From IMG/VR virus record IMGVR_UViG_3300047508_000198, positions 1 to 64,000 of that record: 64,000 nucleotides of DNA, one strand, 5' to 3'. Under the pieces are notes generated by a model. The model did no database searches. It had not been told where the DNA came from and worked only from the letters and a program-made list of their open reading frames with translations. Positions 47,035 to 55,780 of this stretch are shown here, in pieces. Source of the DNA: a virus. How positions within the stretch are numbered: the first letter of the stretch is position 1; every line of letters starts with the position of its first letter. A program made the translations under genes and the position numbers.

Positions 47035-47063
47035 ACACTATACTTACGAGCACGCACTGTCAA
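47035..47063 (-). promoter_or_regulatory. SigA-type promoter of the Cas7-like operon
   Basis: TTGACA (47063-47058)-17 nt-TAGTGT (47040-47035); a second TTGACA on the plus strand (47032) makes an inverted repeat; 5' UTR hairpin at 46991-47024. Confidence 0.7.
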
Positions 47064-47095
47064 AGAACCTTGATATTTCTGCTACGATGGCTGAC

Positions 47096-47235
47096 GTCCC
47101 CGCCCGGACACCCGCCCCTAAGGCCACGGGGCGGTTCGCCAGGTGACGCGCGTAAGCGGCAAGCGTGGTCCGTAGCCGAAACCGGAGCCGTATAGGTAGT
47201 TGGGCCAGCCTCAGTCTGGCCCGTCCGGGCGGGGC
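47096..47235 (+). ncRNA. Candidate structured ncRNA (about 140 nt)
   Basis: Perfect 12-bp closing stem 47098-47109/47223-47234; internal hairpins 47112-47134, 47149-47158 (GTAA loop), 47202-47222; TGcTACGAT extended -10 at 47080-47088. Confidence 0.55.
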
Positions 47236-47511
47236 CCAGTCTCTAGGAACATTGATACTCTAGGCCCATGTGCTGCTGGACTCACGAAGACCTGAGCTAC
47301 CCGGGCGCGCTCGCCTCCACGGACGTGGACGACCGCTGCCGGTGCGAATGCCTCCCGCCGTGCCGGCGCCGTGCCACGGCCGAGGACGTGCGCTGCGACG
47401 TATGCGGCGGGCGCGCCTCCTCCGACCCGGCCCAGGGAGGAGGGCGAACGGCCCAGGTGGAGCCGCAATCGTTCGAGCGCTCGGTCACCGAGCGCGAGTA
47501 CCCGCTCTCCA

Positions 47512-50500
47512 TCACCCTGCCCGGCGCGCTGCCAGCGACGCCTGGACAACCCTTCTGAACGCCACCGCCTGCGGCTTGTGCATCGGGTCGCCCTGGTAGG
47601 CGTCGGTGTTGCTGTAGCCGCTGCTGTCCGCGGTGTTCGGCGCGACCGGGGCCAGGTCGGCGTTGCCCGGCTGACGGCCGCTGAAGGTCTGGGTGAACGG
47701 GCCGCCCGGCTGCGGCGGCTCCTGCGGCTGGCCGAGCACGTCATCAGGCGCCACCGGGCCCGTGCCCTTCGGCTCGGTGCCCTGGTACGGAGGCGGGCCG
47801 CCGGAGCGGGCCGGGTCCTCCCCGCCGCCCATCACCGGCGGCGTGCCGGGACCGTTCAGCGGCGTGCTGCCCATCGGGTCCGGGCTCGCGCCGGGACCGT
47901 CGGTGATCAGGTCGACCGAGGTGGCCGCGGTCTTGCCCTGGCGCTGCGCGTGGTCCTCCAGCCCGTTCCACGTCGCGGATCCCGCCTGAGCCGTCTGCCA
48001 GTAATGCGACCCGGCCGCCTCGGCGTTCGCATAGCCCCTGGCCCTCAGGTGGTCGATCGCATCCTGCCCGGTTTCCGGCCAGCGCTTGTGTCCCATAGCT
48101 ATAAAGATAGGGTAGGTGCCGGTCGCCGACGGCTGCCAGCGGCCCCGCTCGGCCAGCAGGAGCTTGCGGGTGAACCCGGCGTGCGCGTCGAGCCGCTGAG
48201 CCAGCACCGGGTGCCGGGCCGCCTGGTCCTGGTGCGCCACCACCCACCGGGCCTGGATGCCGCCCGGCCGGTCGGCGATCGCCGCGTACAGGCCGGCCTC
48301 GAAGGCCGGGGAGCCCTGACCGACCAGGCGGCGGCCGGGCTGCCAGCGGGCCGCGAACCGGTAGCCCTTGGCGAAGCCGGGGTCGTCGACCGCGGAGCGG
48401 GTGACGAAGCTGGCCGAGACGGTGAACGCGGCCTTGCCGAACTCCTTGCGCTTGCGCTCCAGGTAGGCGTGGCGGCGTACGCCCTCGTGGCCGAAGTAGG
48501 CGTCGTGGACGCCCTGCCCGTGGGTGCGCCGTACGTAGTCACGGAACCGGCTGTAGTCCTCGTCGGTCGGCTCGCGCTCGCCGGCGTCCGGGTCCCGCCG
48601 CCACAGGTCGTGCATGACATGCTGCGGGATCGCCGACCGCACCGACGGGTCCACGTAGTCGTAGGAGTCGTGCTCGTAGGGCCGCTGGTAGTCCCCCTGG
48701 CGCTGCAGCGAGGCGTGGCTCACCTGGAAGGCGCGCTGCGCGTCGGCCGCGTTCCCCGCCTGGCCTGCGTCCCCGCCCATGCTGCGCGGAACATCCATCT
48801 GGCCAGGGTCAGGAGGACGGCCACTGTAGCCCACCGAGTAGCCCTGGACGTACGGGCTGACCCGCGAGCTGTTGTCGCTGAACGTCGGGTGCTCCCCGGC
48901 TGCCGCGTCATCCTGGCCGTCCTTGACGCCCTGGCCGTAGTCACCGCTGCCCTCGTTCGAGGACCACGGGTCCGGGCTGGTCTGCGCCGAGTTGAACGGC
49001 GCGGTTCCGTCGTCGGTGGTCTCGTGCGGCTTGGTCAAGATGTCGGCCTGGCGCCGCAGCGAGCCCATGTACTGGCCGCCGCCGGGCTCGTTGGAGAAGG
49101 CGCGCTCCCCGGGGATGCGGCTGGTGACGTCCAGGTCGTGCTGCGCCTTCACGGTGGAGTACACGCCGAGGTAATGCGCGTGCAGGTCCGGGCGGCCGGT
49201 CATCTCGCCGTAGGCCTTCTTGTCGACCGGCTCGCGGCCGTTGGTGGCGTCGATCACGCCGCGGGTCTCGTTGTGGCCGCGCAGGTACTGCCCGTGCCCC
49301 TTGCGGCCGAAGACGTAGCTGTCCTTGTGCGGCGGCTTCTTGCCCTCCATGGCGTCCATCCGGCCGAACATCCGCAGCGCCGTGTTGGAAGGCGTCATCG
49401 AGCTGCGGGCCGCAGTCGCGCCCTTGGGCCGGGCGCCGTCCGGGCCGGTCTCCCACTCGCCCTGGAACTCCGGGTTGAGCGGGAACGCGACCTCCTGGTT
49501 CAGCTCGTCGGCCTGCGGCGTGGGGACGTCGTGGGAGTCCACCGTCTGCTGGATCTGGGGCAGCTGCGAGGCAGCCTCGTGCTGACGGTCAGAGGCGGCG
49601 CCCTGGTCGGGCATCTCCTGGCGCTGCTGCTCGCTGTACACGTCCCACTGGTGCCGGGGCTGCTCCTCCTCCGCGTGGGCGGTGCGGTGCTGGCCTTCCA
49701 CCTGGTGCTTGATCTTCCCGCAGTAGGCCTCGGGGTCGTTCTTGTCGGAGTTGGCCGCGACGCACGCGGCGAAGTCCTCGTACCCGGCGAACGGGGCGCC
49801 CTTCGTCAGCTGCCCCTGGCGGGGCTCAGGAAAATTTGGCGGCCTGCCGGCCCCGGCCCCGGTCTTGTCCCAGGGCTTGCCCTTGCCCTTCTTCTTGCCC
49901 TTGCCCTTCTTCTTCTTCTGGCCGAAGGCGTCCTGCTCCTCATCGTCCTCGGCAAACGGGTTCTTGCCGCCCGCCAGGACCGGGCGCACCCGGGCCAGGT
50001 ACCCGTGCAGCCAGGCGATCTCGTCCTCGCTGCGAGCCTCGGCCCGGAACGCCGCGGCGATCGTCCGGTGATGGGCGGCCACCTTCTTCAGGTCCCCGGT
50101 GCGCAGCACGGCGGTGCCCTCGTCCGCGCCCTGGACCTCGAAGTACGCCTGGCGGCGGAAGTCCTCGGCGTTCATCAGGTAGCCGACCGCGACCGAGGCG
50201 GTGTGCTCATGGCCGTTGCCGCAGGACTGCTCGGGCCAGTGCAGCGAGCCGCACCGCTCGTGGTAGGGCGCGTCAAACGTGTCGACATCCTGGTCCGAGC
50301 CGATGTGCCAGCGGAACCCGTCCTGGTCCGGGCCGGTGTAGGCGGAGACGCGCAGCGCAGCCTGGCGCTCGGCCGTCGGGCGCGGCGGGGCGCCCTCGTC
50401 CATGTCCTGGTCCTGGCCCGGGGCAGGCGTAGAGGACGGCTGGCTGGGGGCCGCGCCCGGCGGGGTAGTGGGGATCTGGCCGGGCGGGCCGAGCGGGATC

Positions 50501-51207
50501 TGGGCGTAGGAGTCGGCGGTGTCCATCGACGTGGTGTGCTCGTCCGGCCGCTCCGGGCCCGAGCCGAAGCCGGAGCCCGAGCCGTCCATCTGCTGCAGCT
50601 GCTGGATGCCCGGGGCCTGCTCCGAGCTGATCTGCGAGCTGTGGTCCGGCGACTCGACCCCGCCGTTGTACTCGTTCTGCGGCGGCGCGAAGTTGTCGAA
50701 CACCTCCTCGGGCAGCGGGGTCGGCGCGGGGTTGTCCTGGGGGTCGCGCTCCTGCTGGATCTGCGGCAGGCCGGAGGCGCCCTGGCGGGTCAGGTAGCCG
50801 ACGTAGGTCATGAACTCGCGCCGGGCCGCCAGCGCGTGAATGCCGTACGGGCTGGCCGCGGTGTAGGCGTGGCCGAGAGCCTGCTCCTGGAACTCATCGG
50901 GGTCGGCCATCAGGTCCCGCGGGATGCCGCGGTACCACTTGGCGGCCTCGGCGATCATCGCGGTGCGGTAGTCCGAGGCGATCTCCTCATCGCCCAGCCA
51001 GTCGGTGGCCGCGGTGTGCCGCTCGAAGGCGGGCAGCGGCTCCAGCGTCTGGCGTACCGCCGTCGCGCTCAGGTCGGTCTCGCGCGACTGCGCCGCCGAT
51101 GCCGTCCGGCGCCGGTCGTGCGCGTCGAGCGCAGCCACGGTGATCGCCAGCTGGCCGCCAGTCCGGGCACCCTGGATCGCCCGCAGCAGGTCGTCACGCT
51201 CGGCCAT
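47512..51207 (-). CDS. Large head-associated polyprotein (1231 aa)
   Basis: Duplicated ASxLPQIQQ...PTP..EV segment; many [HRK][TQE]A linkers; candidate late motif upstream. Confidence 0.7.
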   Translation of the reverse strand: MAERDDLLRAIQGARTGGQLAITVAALDAHDRRRTASAAQSRETDLSATAVRQTLEPLPAFERHTAATDWLGDEEIASDYRTAMIAEAAKWYRGIPRDLMADPDEFQEQALGHAYTAASPYGIHALAARREFMTYVGYLTRQGASGLPQIQQERDPQDNPAPTPLPEEVFDNFAPPQNEYNGGVESPDHSSQISSEQAPGIQQLQQMDGSGSGFGSGPERPDEHTTSMDTADSYAQIPLGPPGQIPTTPPGAAPSQPSSTPAPGQDQDMDEGAPPRPTAERQAALRVSAYTGPDQDGFRWHIGSDQDVDTFDAPYHERCGSLHWPEQSCGNGHEHTASVAVGYLMNAEDFRRQAYFEVQGADEGTAVLRTGDLKKVAAHHRTIAAAFRAEARSEDEIAWLHGYLARVRPVLAGGKNPFAEDDEEQDAFGQKKKKGKGKKKGKGKPWDKTGAGAGRPPNFPEPRQGQLTKGAPFAGYEDFAACVAANSDKNDPEAYCGKIKHQVEGQHRTAHAEEEQPRHQWDVYSEQQRQEMPDQGAASDRQHEAASQLPQIQQTVDSHDVPTPQADELNQEVAFPLNPEFQGEWETGPDGARPKGATAARSSMTPSNTALRMFGRMDAMEGKKPPHKDSYVFGRKGHGQYLRGHNETRGVIDATNGREPVDKKAYGEMTGRPDLHAHYLGVYSTVKAQHDLDVTSRIPGERAFSNEPGGGQYMGSLRRQADILTKPHETTDDGTAPFNSAQTSPDPWSSNEGSGDYGQGVKDGQDDAAAGEHPTFSDNSSRVSPYVQGYSVGYSGRPPDPGQMDVPRSMGGDAGQAGNAADAQRAFQVSHASLQRQGDYQRPYEHDSYDYVDPSVRSAIPQHVMHDLWRRDPDAGEREPTDEDYSRFRDYVRRTHGQGVHDAYFGHEGVRRHAYLERKRKEFGKAAFTVSASFVTRSAVDDPGFAKGYRFAARWQPGRRLVGQGSPAFEAGLYAAIADRPGGIQARWVVAHQDQAARHPVLAQRLDAHAGFTRKLLLAERGRWQPSATGTYPIFIAMGHKRWPETGQDAIDHLRARGYANAEAAGSHYWQTAQAGSATWNGLEDHAQRQGKTAATSVDLITDGPGASPDPMGSTPLNGPGTPPVMGGGEDPARSGGPPPYQGTEPKGTGPVAPDDVLGQPQEPPQPGGPFTQTFSGRQPGNADLAPVAPNTADSSGYSNTDAYQGDPMHKPQAVAFRRVVQASLAARRAG

Positions 51208-51705
51208 AAGATCGTCTCCCGGGAAGGCAGCGAAGTCTCTGCTTCTTCCCGGGCCGCCCCGATCAGCGCCCTGAGATGCTCATGGCTAACCGGGGGCGTC
51301 CGGCCGACATCCAAAGCATCCAGGAACATTCCGCTGATCTGCGGGACATCCAGGCCCGCCTCGACCCGGGCCGCTGACCAGCCGGGGATCCGGGCGTACC
51401 AGCGCACCCCGTGCACGCCCCTGTCCGGCCGGCGGACGGGCTCGGCGCTGGCGAGCAGGCACAGCCCGCGCAGGGCCTTCTTGGAGATGGCTACCCGGCC
51501 GCCTGCGTCCAGGGCCGCCTGCGCGGCCTGCACCGGGTCCTCGGGGCCGCTGGCCGCCTTGCGGGCACAACCCGGGTGCTTGCCGTACAAAATCGGGTCG
51601 CCGACCGCGATCTCCAGCTCACACACTGGGCAGGTCAGTCCCGATTCCCAGTTCTGTCCGAGCACGGGCCCTCCTCACAGCTTCCGGGGGCAGGCTGGAA
51701 TCGGT

Positions 51706-51734
51706 TTGGAAATATCAAGGTTTATTGATATTCT
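51706..51734 (+). promoter_or_regulatory. SigA-type leaderless promoter with operator
   Basis: TTGGAA-ATATCAAGGTTTATTGA-TATTCT; ATG at 51741. Confidence 0.7.
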
Positions 51735-51740
51735 GGGGTC

Positions 51741-52190
51741 ATGATGACCAAGGTAGAGAAGATCCGCAAGGCAGCCCCCGGCCTCCCCGAGGCCGACGTC
51801 ACCCGGTACGCCCGGATGACCGTGGCCGAAGTGGACAGCCTCTGCCGCATCCTGCGCCGGACCCGGCGCGACGCGCTGCAGGCCGAGGCCGCCAAGCGCC
51901 GTCAGCGTAGGCTCGACAACCGGAGGCACGGCAACTATGACGAGTTCCAGCTGACGGAGCGCAACTTGCGGGTGGTCGGCAAGCAGGGCGAGCGGGCCGG
52001 CGACGGCAACCTGGATGCGCTGGCCGCGCTCGGCGCGACCGCCCGGTTCGTTGATGAGCAGATCGCCCAGGCGGTGGCCAAGTGCCGCGCCCGGGGCTAC
52101 ACCGACCCGGAGATCGCCGAGATGCTGGGCGTCACCCGGCAGGCCCTGGGCCAGCGCTACGGCCGCAAGAAGAACATCGGCCTGGCGTAA
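51741..52190 (+). CDS. HTH protein (candidate repressor)
   Basis: C-terminal GYTDPEIAEMLGVTRQALGQRYG HTH. Confidence 0.7.
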   Translation: MMTKVEKIRKAAPGLPEADVTRYARMTVAEVDSLCRILRRTRRDALQAEAAKRRQRRLDNRRHGNYDEFQLTERNLRVVGKQGERAGDGNLDALAALGATARFVDEQIAQAVAKCRARGYTDPEIAEMLGVTRQALGQRYGRKKNIGLA

Positions 52191-52226
52191 AGGCGCCTTT
52201 ACGCGGGCCGCGCTAGGATTATAGAG

Positions 52227-52339
52227 TCCGGCCCGGCAGGCATCAGTCCCGGAGTTGACCCGAGTGCAAGGCACATCAGCTTCCCAGGGATCAGCGCGAA
52301 CTGTGCCGCCCATGGCGCAAAGGGGCCTGGCGGGCCGGG
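52227..52339 (+). ncRNA. Candidate structured ncRNA (about 113 nt)
   Basis: About 15-bp closing stem 52227-52241/52325-52339; inner stem GGCACA/TGTGCC; TAGGAT -10 at 52214-52219. Confidence 0.4.
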
Positions 52340-52344
52340 CCGGG

Positions 52345-52755
52345 TCACGTCTTCATGTCCGGCAGCCGCCGGGAGCGATCGGTCGGCGGCTGCCGGTCGG
52401 GCATGATGTCACGCCGCTTGCGCACCTCCTCGGCCATGTGCGCCAGGCCCGAGGACATCCGCTGCTGCGGGGTCTGCAGCGACCCGGGCTCGGGCACCTC
52501 GATCCCGTGGTGGGTCAGCACGGTGACGGCCAGCTCCCGGCGGCGGGCCAGCAGCACGCTGGCCATGAAGTCGGTGAACACCTGGCAGGCCGAGTCATCA
52601 GCCGAGCCGGCCATCAGCTGCACCGCCTGCTCGATCGCCTCGATGTCCATCATGATCGTCTGGGCCCTGGCCGGCCAGGAGGCCACCGGGTGCCACTCGA
52701 TCTCCGGCTCCTCCGGCTCGGCCGGCTCCGCCGCGGCCTGCGGGTCCTCAGCCAT
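52345..52755 (-). CDS. Hypothetical protein
   Basis: GGAGG RBS; coupled operon. Confidence 0.55.
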   Translation of the reverse strand: MAEDPQAAAEPAEPEEPEIEWHPVASWPARAQTIMMDIEAIEQAVQLMAGSADDSACQVFTDFMASVLLARRRELAVTVLTHHGIEVPEPGSLQTPQQRMSSGLAHMAEEVRKRRDIMPDRQPPTDRSRRLPDMKT

Positions 52756-52963
52756 GGGTGCGGGCCTCCTCCCAGGCCAGGAACGCCAGCCAGCCGGGGC
52801 CGTCCAGCCACTCGCCGAACAGCCCGGCGTGGTCGTCGTCGGTGAACTTCAGCAGGATCTCATGCTCGCCGAGGGACCGGGTGATCTTCTCCGTGCGCGG
52901 CAGGTCCGGGAACGGGATCCGCGGCGGCTCAGCCCGGGGCAGGTCCTGAAACGGGATCGCCAC
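52748..52963 (-). CDS. Hypothetical protein (71 aa)
   Basis: AGGAGG RBS; internal IPF.DLPR duplication. Confidence 0.5.
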   Translation of the reverse strand: MAIPFQDLPRAEPPRIPFPDLPRTEKITRSLGEHEILLKFTDDDHAGLFGEWLDGPGWLAFLAWEEARTHG

Positions 52964-53522
52964 CGAACGCCTCCTTCCAGTGCGGCAGGACGGCCAGGTC
53001 GGCCCTCATCTTTTCCAGGACGCGCGGGTCGCGCAGGCCCGCGCTCGGGTGGTAGGTCGGCAGCATCATCCGGCCGTCCCGGCGCTCCAGCTGGCCGTGG
53101 CACTCGCTGACCGGCGGGCCGTCCGGGACCAGGGCCCGGCGGGCCACCGCGCCCAGGGTGATCACCAGGGCCGGGTCGATGCCGGTGATCTCAGCCTGCA
53201 GCCGCGGGCGCGAGACGTGGATCTCGAACTGCTCCGGCGTGCGGTTGGCCGGCGGCCGGTAGGCCAGCACGTTAGTCACGTAGCACATCCACCGCGGCAG
53301 GCCCCGCTCCGCCAGCAGCTGGTCCAGCAGCTGGCCGGACGGGCCCACGAACGGCTTGAGCTGGACGACCTCCTGCGCCCCCGGGGCCTCGCCGACCAGG
53401 AGCACCGGGGCGTTGAGCGGGCCGTCGCCACGGACCAGCGGGGACTGGGCCCGCAGCGGCGCCAGCACGGCGATCTGCTCGTAGTCCTCATAGGCCTGGA
53501 TGATCAGTGCCGGGTCAATCAT
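52929..53522 (-). CDS. Uracil-DNA glycosylase, family 4-like
   Basis: LLVGEAPG..E....PFVGPSGQLL, YVTNV...RPPANRTP, ITLG, PTYHPSA. Confidence 0.9.
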   Translation of the reverse strand: MIDPALIIQAYEDYEQIAVLAPLRAQSPLVRGDGPLNAPVLLVGEAPGAQEVVQLKPFVGPSGQLLDQLLAERGLPRWMCYVTNVLAYRPPANRTPEQFEIHVSRPRLQAEITGIDPALVITLGAVARRALVPDGPPVSECHGQLERRDGRMMLPTYHPSAGLRDPRVLEKMRADLAVLPHWKEAFGGDPVSGPAPG

Positions 53523-53758
53523 CCATGCCTCGCATGTCTCCCGGCCGGGTTGGCCCGGCCGTCGGTCCAGGCCCGCTGCATGACGTCATGCGCGCCCGCC
53601 CGGAAGGCATCCTGCAGGCGCGGCGTCAGCTTCTCCCAGGGCGGCATGACGGCGCCGTCCTGCTCCCAGCCGAGTGCGCCGGCGTAGGCCTCGTAGCAGA
53701 TCTGGCCGGCTTCCCGTGGCGGTTCGCTCCACGCCATCAGCTCATCGGTCAGGCTCAT
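53519..53758 (-). CDS. Hypothetical protein
   Basis: ATGA coupling; MPPWEKL motif. Confidence 0.5.
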   Translation of the reverse strand: MSLTDELMAWSEPPREAGQICYEAYAGALGWEQDGAVMPPWEKLTPRLQDAFRAGAHDVMQRAWTDGRANPAGRHARHG

Positions 53759-54426
53759 CGGCGATCAGCATACGGCTCCCTTTCCGGCCGGGGGCTGAGC
53801 AGGGCGCTCTGGTCAGCCAGCTGGCTGGTGTTGATCCCGAACCGCTCCAGCGTGTCCAGGATGATCTCGATGGCCACCCGCGGGTGCGGGCCGTCGCTGT
53901 TGGTCCGGGTCGCCGCCATCAGCCTGGGGAAGGCCTCGTCGAACAAGCTGGAGGACAGCTCGACGCGGCTGGCGTAGACCCACCGCGGCGGGCCAGGCGG
54001 GCCCTCGTGCAGGTCCGGGACCTCGCCGACCCGCCGGAAGATCTCCACCCGCACCGGGTAGCCGAACTCATCCGGCGGCAGCGGCATGTCAGCCAGCGGG
54101 TAGGTGTCGTACCGGGTGAAGTTGACCACGCCGACCCGCCGGGTCATCTTCACCGGCCAGCGGCGGGTGAACCAGGCCGGGGCGTGCTCGTCCTTCAGGT
54201 GCTGCCACCAGCTGGCCGGGTACTCGATGTAAAACTCCTGGTTCTCGCTGAGCACCTGCGCGCCCAGCAGGCTCGCGCTCAGCTCCATGAGCATGCCCCA
54301 GGCGTCCTTCCTGACCGCCTCCAGCTGCATCGAGCTGGTGGTGAAGCTGCCCAGCCGCTCCGGCGCCTGCCGCTGGATCTTGGTCCTCAGCTGGTGCAGG
54401 TAGACATGGTGCGGCTCCGGCATCAT
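53755..54426 (-). CDS. Hypothetical phage protein (223 aa)
   Basis: ATGA coupling; YPASWWQHLK...WF.RRWPVK motif. Confidence 0.6.
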   Translation of the reverse strand: MMPEPHHVYLHQLRTKIQRQAPERLGSFTTSSMQLEAVRKDAWGMLMELSASLLGAQVLSENQEFYIEYPASWWQHLKDEHAPAWFTRRWPVKMTRRVGVVNFTRYDTYPLADMPLPPDEFGYPVRVEIFRRVGEVPDLHEGPPGPPRWVYASRVELSSSLFDEAFPRLMAATRTNSDGPHPRVAIEIILDTLERFGINTSQLADQSALLSPRPEREPYADRR

Positions 54427-54638
54427 GGCGTGATCCCCTTGAACGGGTCATCCATGGTGCTCAGTGACTCCCAGCCGGGATTGGCGGCCTCCCAGGTGTC
54501 CCGGGCGGTCACGCTGCGCGGCACCGACAGGGACGCACACGGGCCCGGGTGGTACTCGCGGACCTCGCACGGGTGGTCGATCCAGTCCCCGGGCACCGGG
54601 ATCCGGCAGCTGCGCTCGGGGTAGGCGGCCTTCTTCAA
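54423..54638 (-). CDS. Small Cys/His protein
   Basis: C...HPC....HPGPC; coupled. Confidence 0.5.
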   Translation of the reverse strand: MKKAAYPERSCRIPVPGDWIDHPCEVREYHPGPCASLSVPRSVTARDTWEAANPGWESLSTMDDPFKGITP

Positions 54639-55113
54639 TCATCACCTGCTAGCGCGTCGAGGGTGATCTCGCGTTCTAGCATTTCATAGTCGGGGACTGG
54701 ACTGTAGGCCGTGCGGCACCGCGGGCAGAGCTTGTAGCTGAGGTTGTCTTCCAGCAGGACCTGGCAGCGCGAGCAGTGCGTCATCAGCTCGAAGCCCTCG
54801 CGCGACCGGCGGCACGCCTCCGGAGTCCACCAGGACGGCCACCAGGCCGGGCGCTCAGTCACCACCAGCCCAGGCCCTGGCGGCACTTACCGCACCTGTG
54901 GTACCACTCATCCTTCTTCTTGTCGTACTTGACCTTGGTCGGGTTGTGCGGCGGGCACGGCTGGCCGTAGTTCGTGCCGGGCCGGGGGACCGCGCCGCCG
55001 GGGCCCTTGTCCCCGCGCTTGTGCCGGTCCCCCTTCTTCCTGACCGGCTTGCCGCCCCGCTCGCAGCCGGGCCAGTGCCCGCGGCCCTTACCGCACTTGT
55101 CGCAGGCCACCGG

Positions 55114-55431
55114 TCATCCGGCAGGCTCCTGGTCAGTCGGGACGTCCGGGACGGGCTCGATTTCAGCGTCGTGCCACACGCACAGGCAGCCGGTGCCCAT
55201 GCTTTCACCCTGGCACTTGACGTGCTCGGCACGGCGCTGATCGTAGCTCATCGTCGTGGCGCGGAACTCCAGGTGGCCCCGGCAGCGGGTGCTCAGGTGC
55301 GCATCGGCCGCCTGCTGGCGGGCCAGGTCCAGGGCCTTGTCCAGGATCATGGACCGCAGCTGCTGGCGCTCGGCCAGCGGCATGCCGGGCCGCATCCTCG
55401 GGCGGTCCTGCCCCGTCGTCTCGTCCGGCAT
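55114..55431 (-). CDS. Hypothetical Cys/His protein
   Basis: GAGAGG RBS; C..H, H..C, CLC..H. Confidence 0.5.
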   Translation of the reverse strand: MPDETTGQDRPRMRPGMPLAERQQLRSMILDKALDLARQQAADAHLSTRCRGHLEFRATTMSYDQRRAEHVKCQGESMGTGCLCVWHDAEIEPVPDVPTDQEPAG

Positions 55432-55443
55432 GCCGCTGTCCTC

Positions 55444-55752
55444 TCAGAACTGGTCGGGCGAGGTGATCGCGTCGGTGATCACGACGGTCGGCGGCACGGA
55501 CATGTCGCCGCCCACCGAGGCGATGAACGTCTGCAGCTCGGGCCGGCTGAAGAACGACTGGAAGCCGTCCTCGTCCGTCCACTCGTCCACGACCATGATC
55601 ATGCCGTCGCCGACGCCGAACCGGTGATGCAGCGCGCCGGCCATCCGGGCGTCTGCGGCGAATCGCTCGTAGTCATCGGCCCGGTCGGTCAGGGACTTCT
55701 GGAATACCTCGGTGTCGCCCTCGATCGCGACGGTGATGAGCTTGCTACCCAT
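55444..55752 (-). CDS. Dimeric alpha/beta-barrel (ABM-like) protein
   Basis: GALHHRF...IMVVDEW...FQSFF; GAGG RBS. Confidence 0.6.
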   Translation of the reverse strand: MGSKLITVAIEGDTEVFQKSLTDRADDYERFAADARMAGALHHRFGVGDGMIMVVDEWTDEDGFQSFFSRPELQTFIASVGGDMSVPPTVVITDAITSPDQF

Positions 55753-55780
55753 GCGGGAGCCTCTTCCTTGAGGGGGTGTA

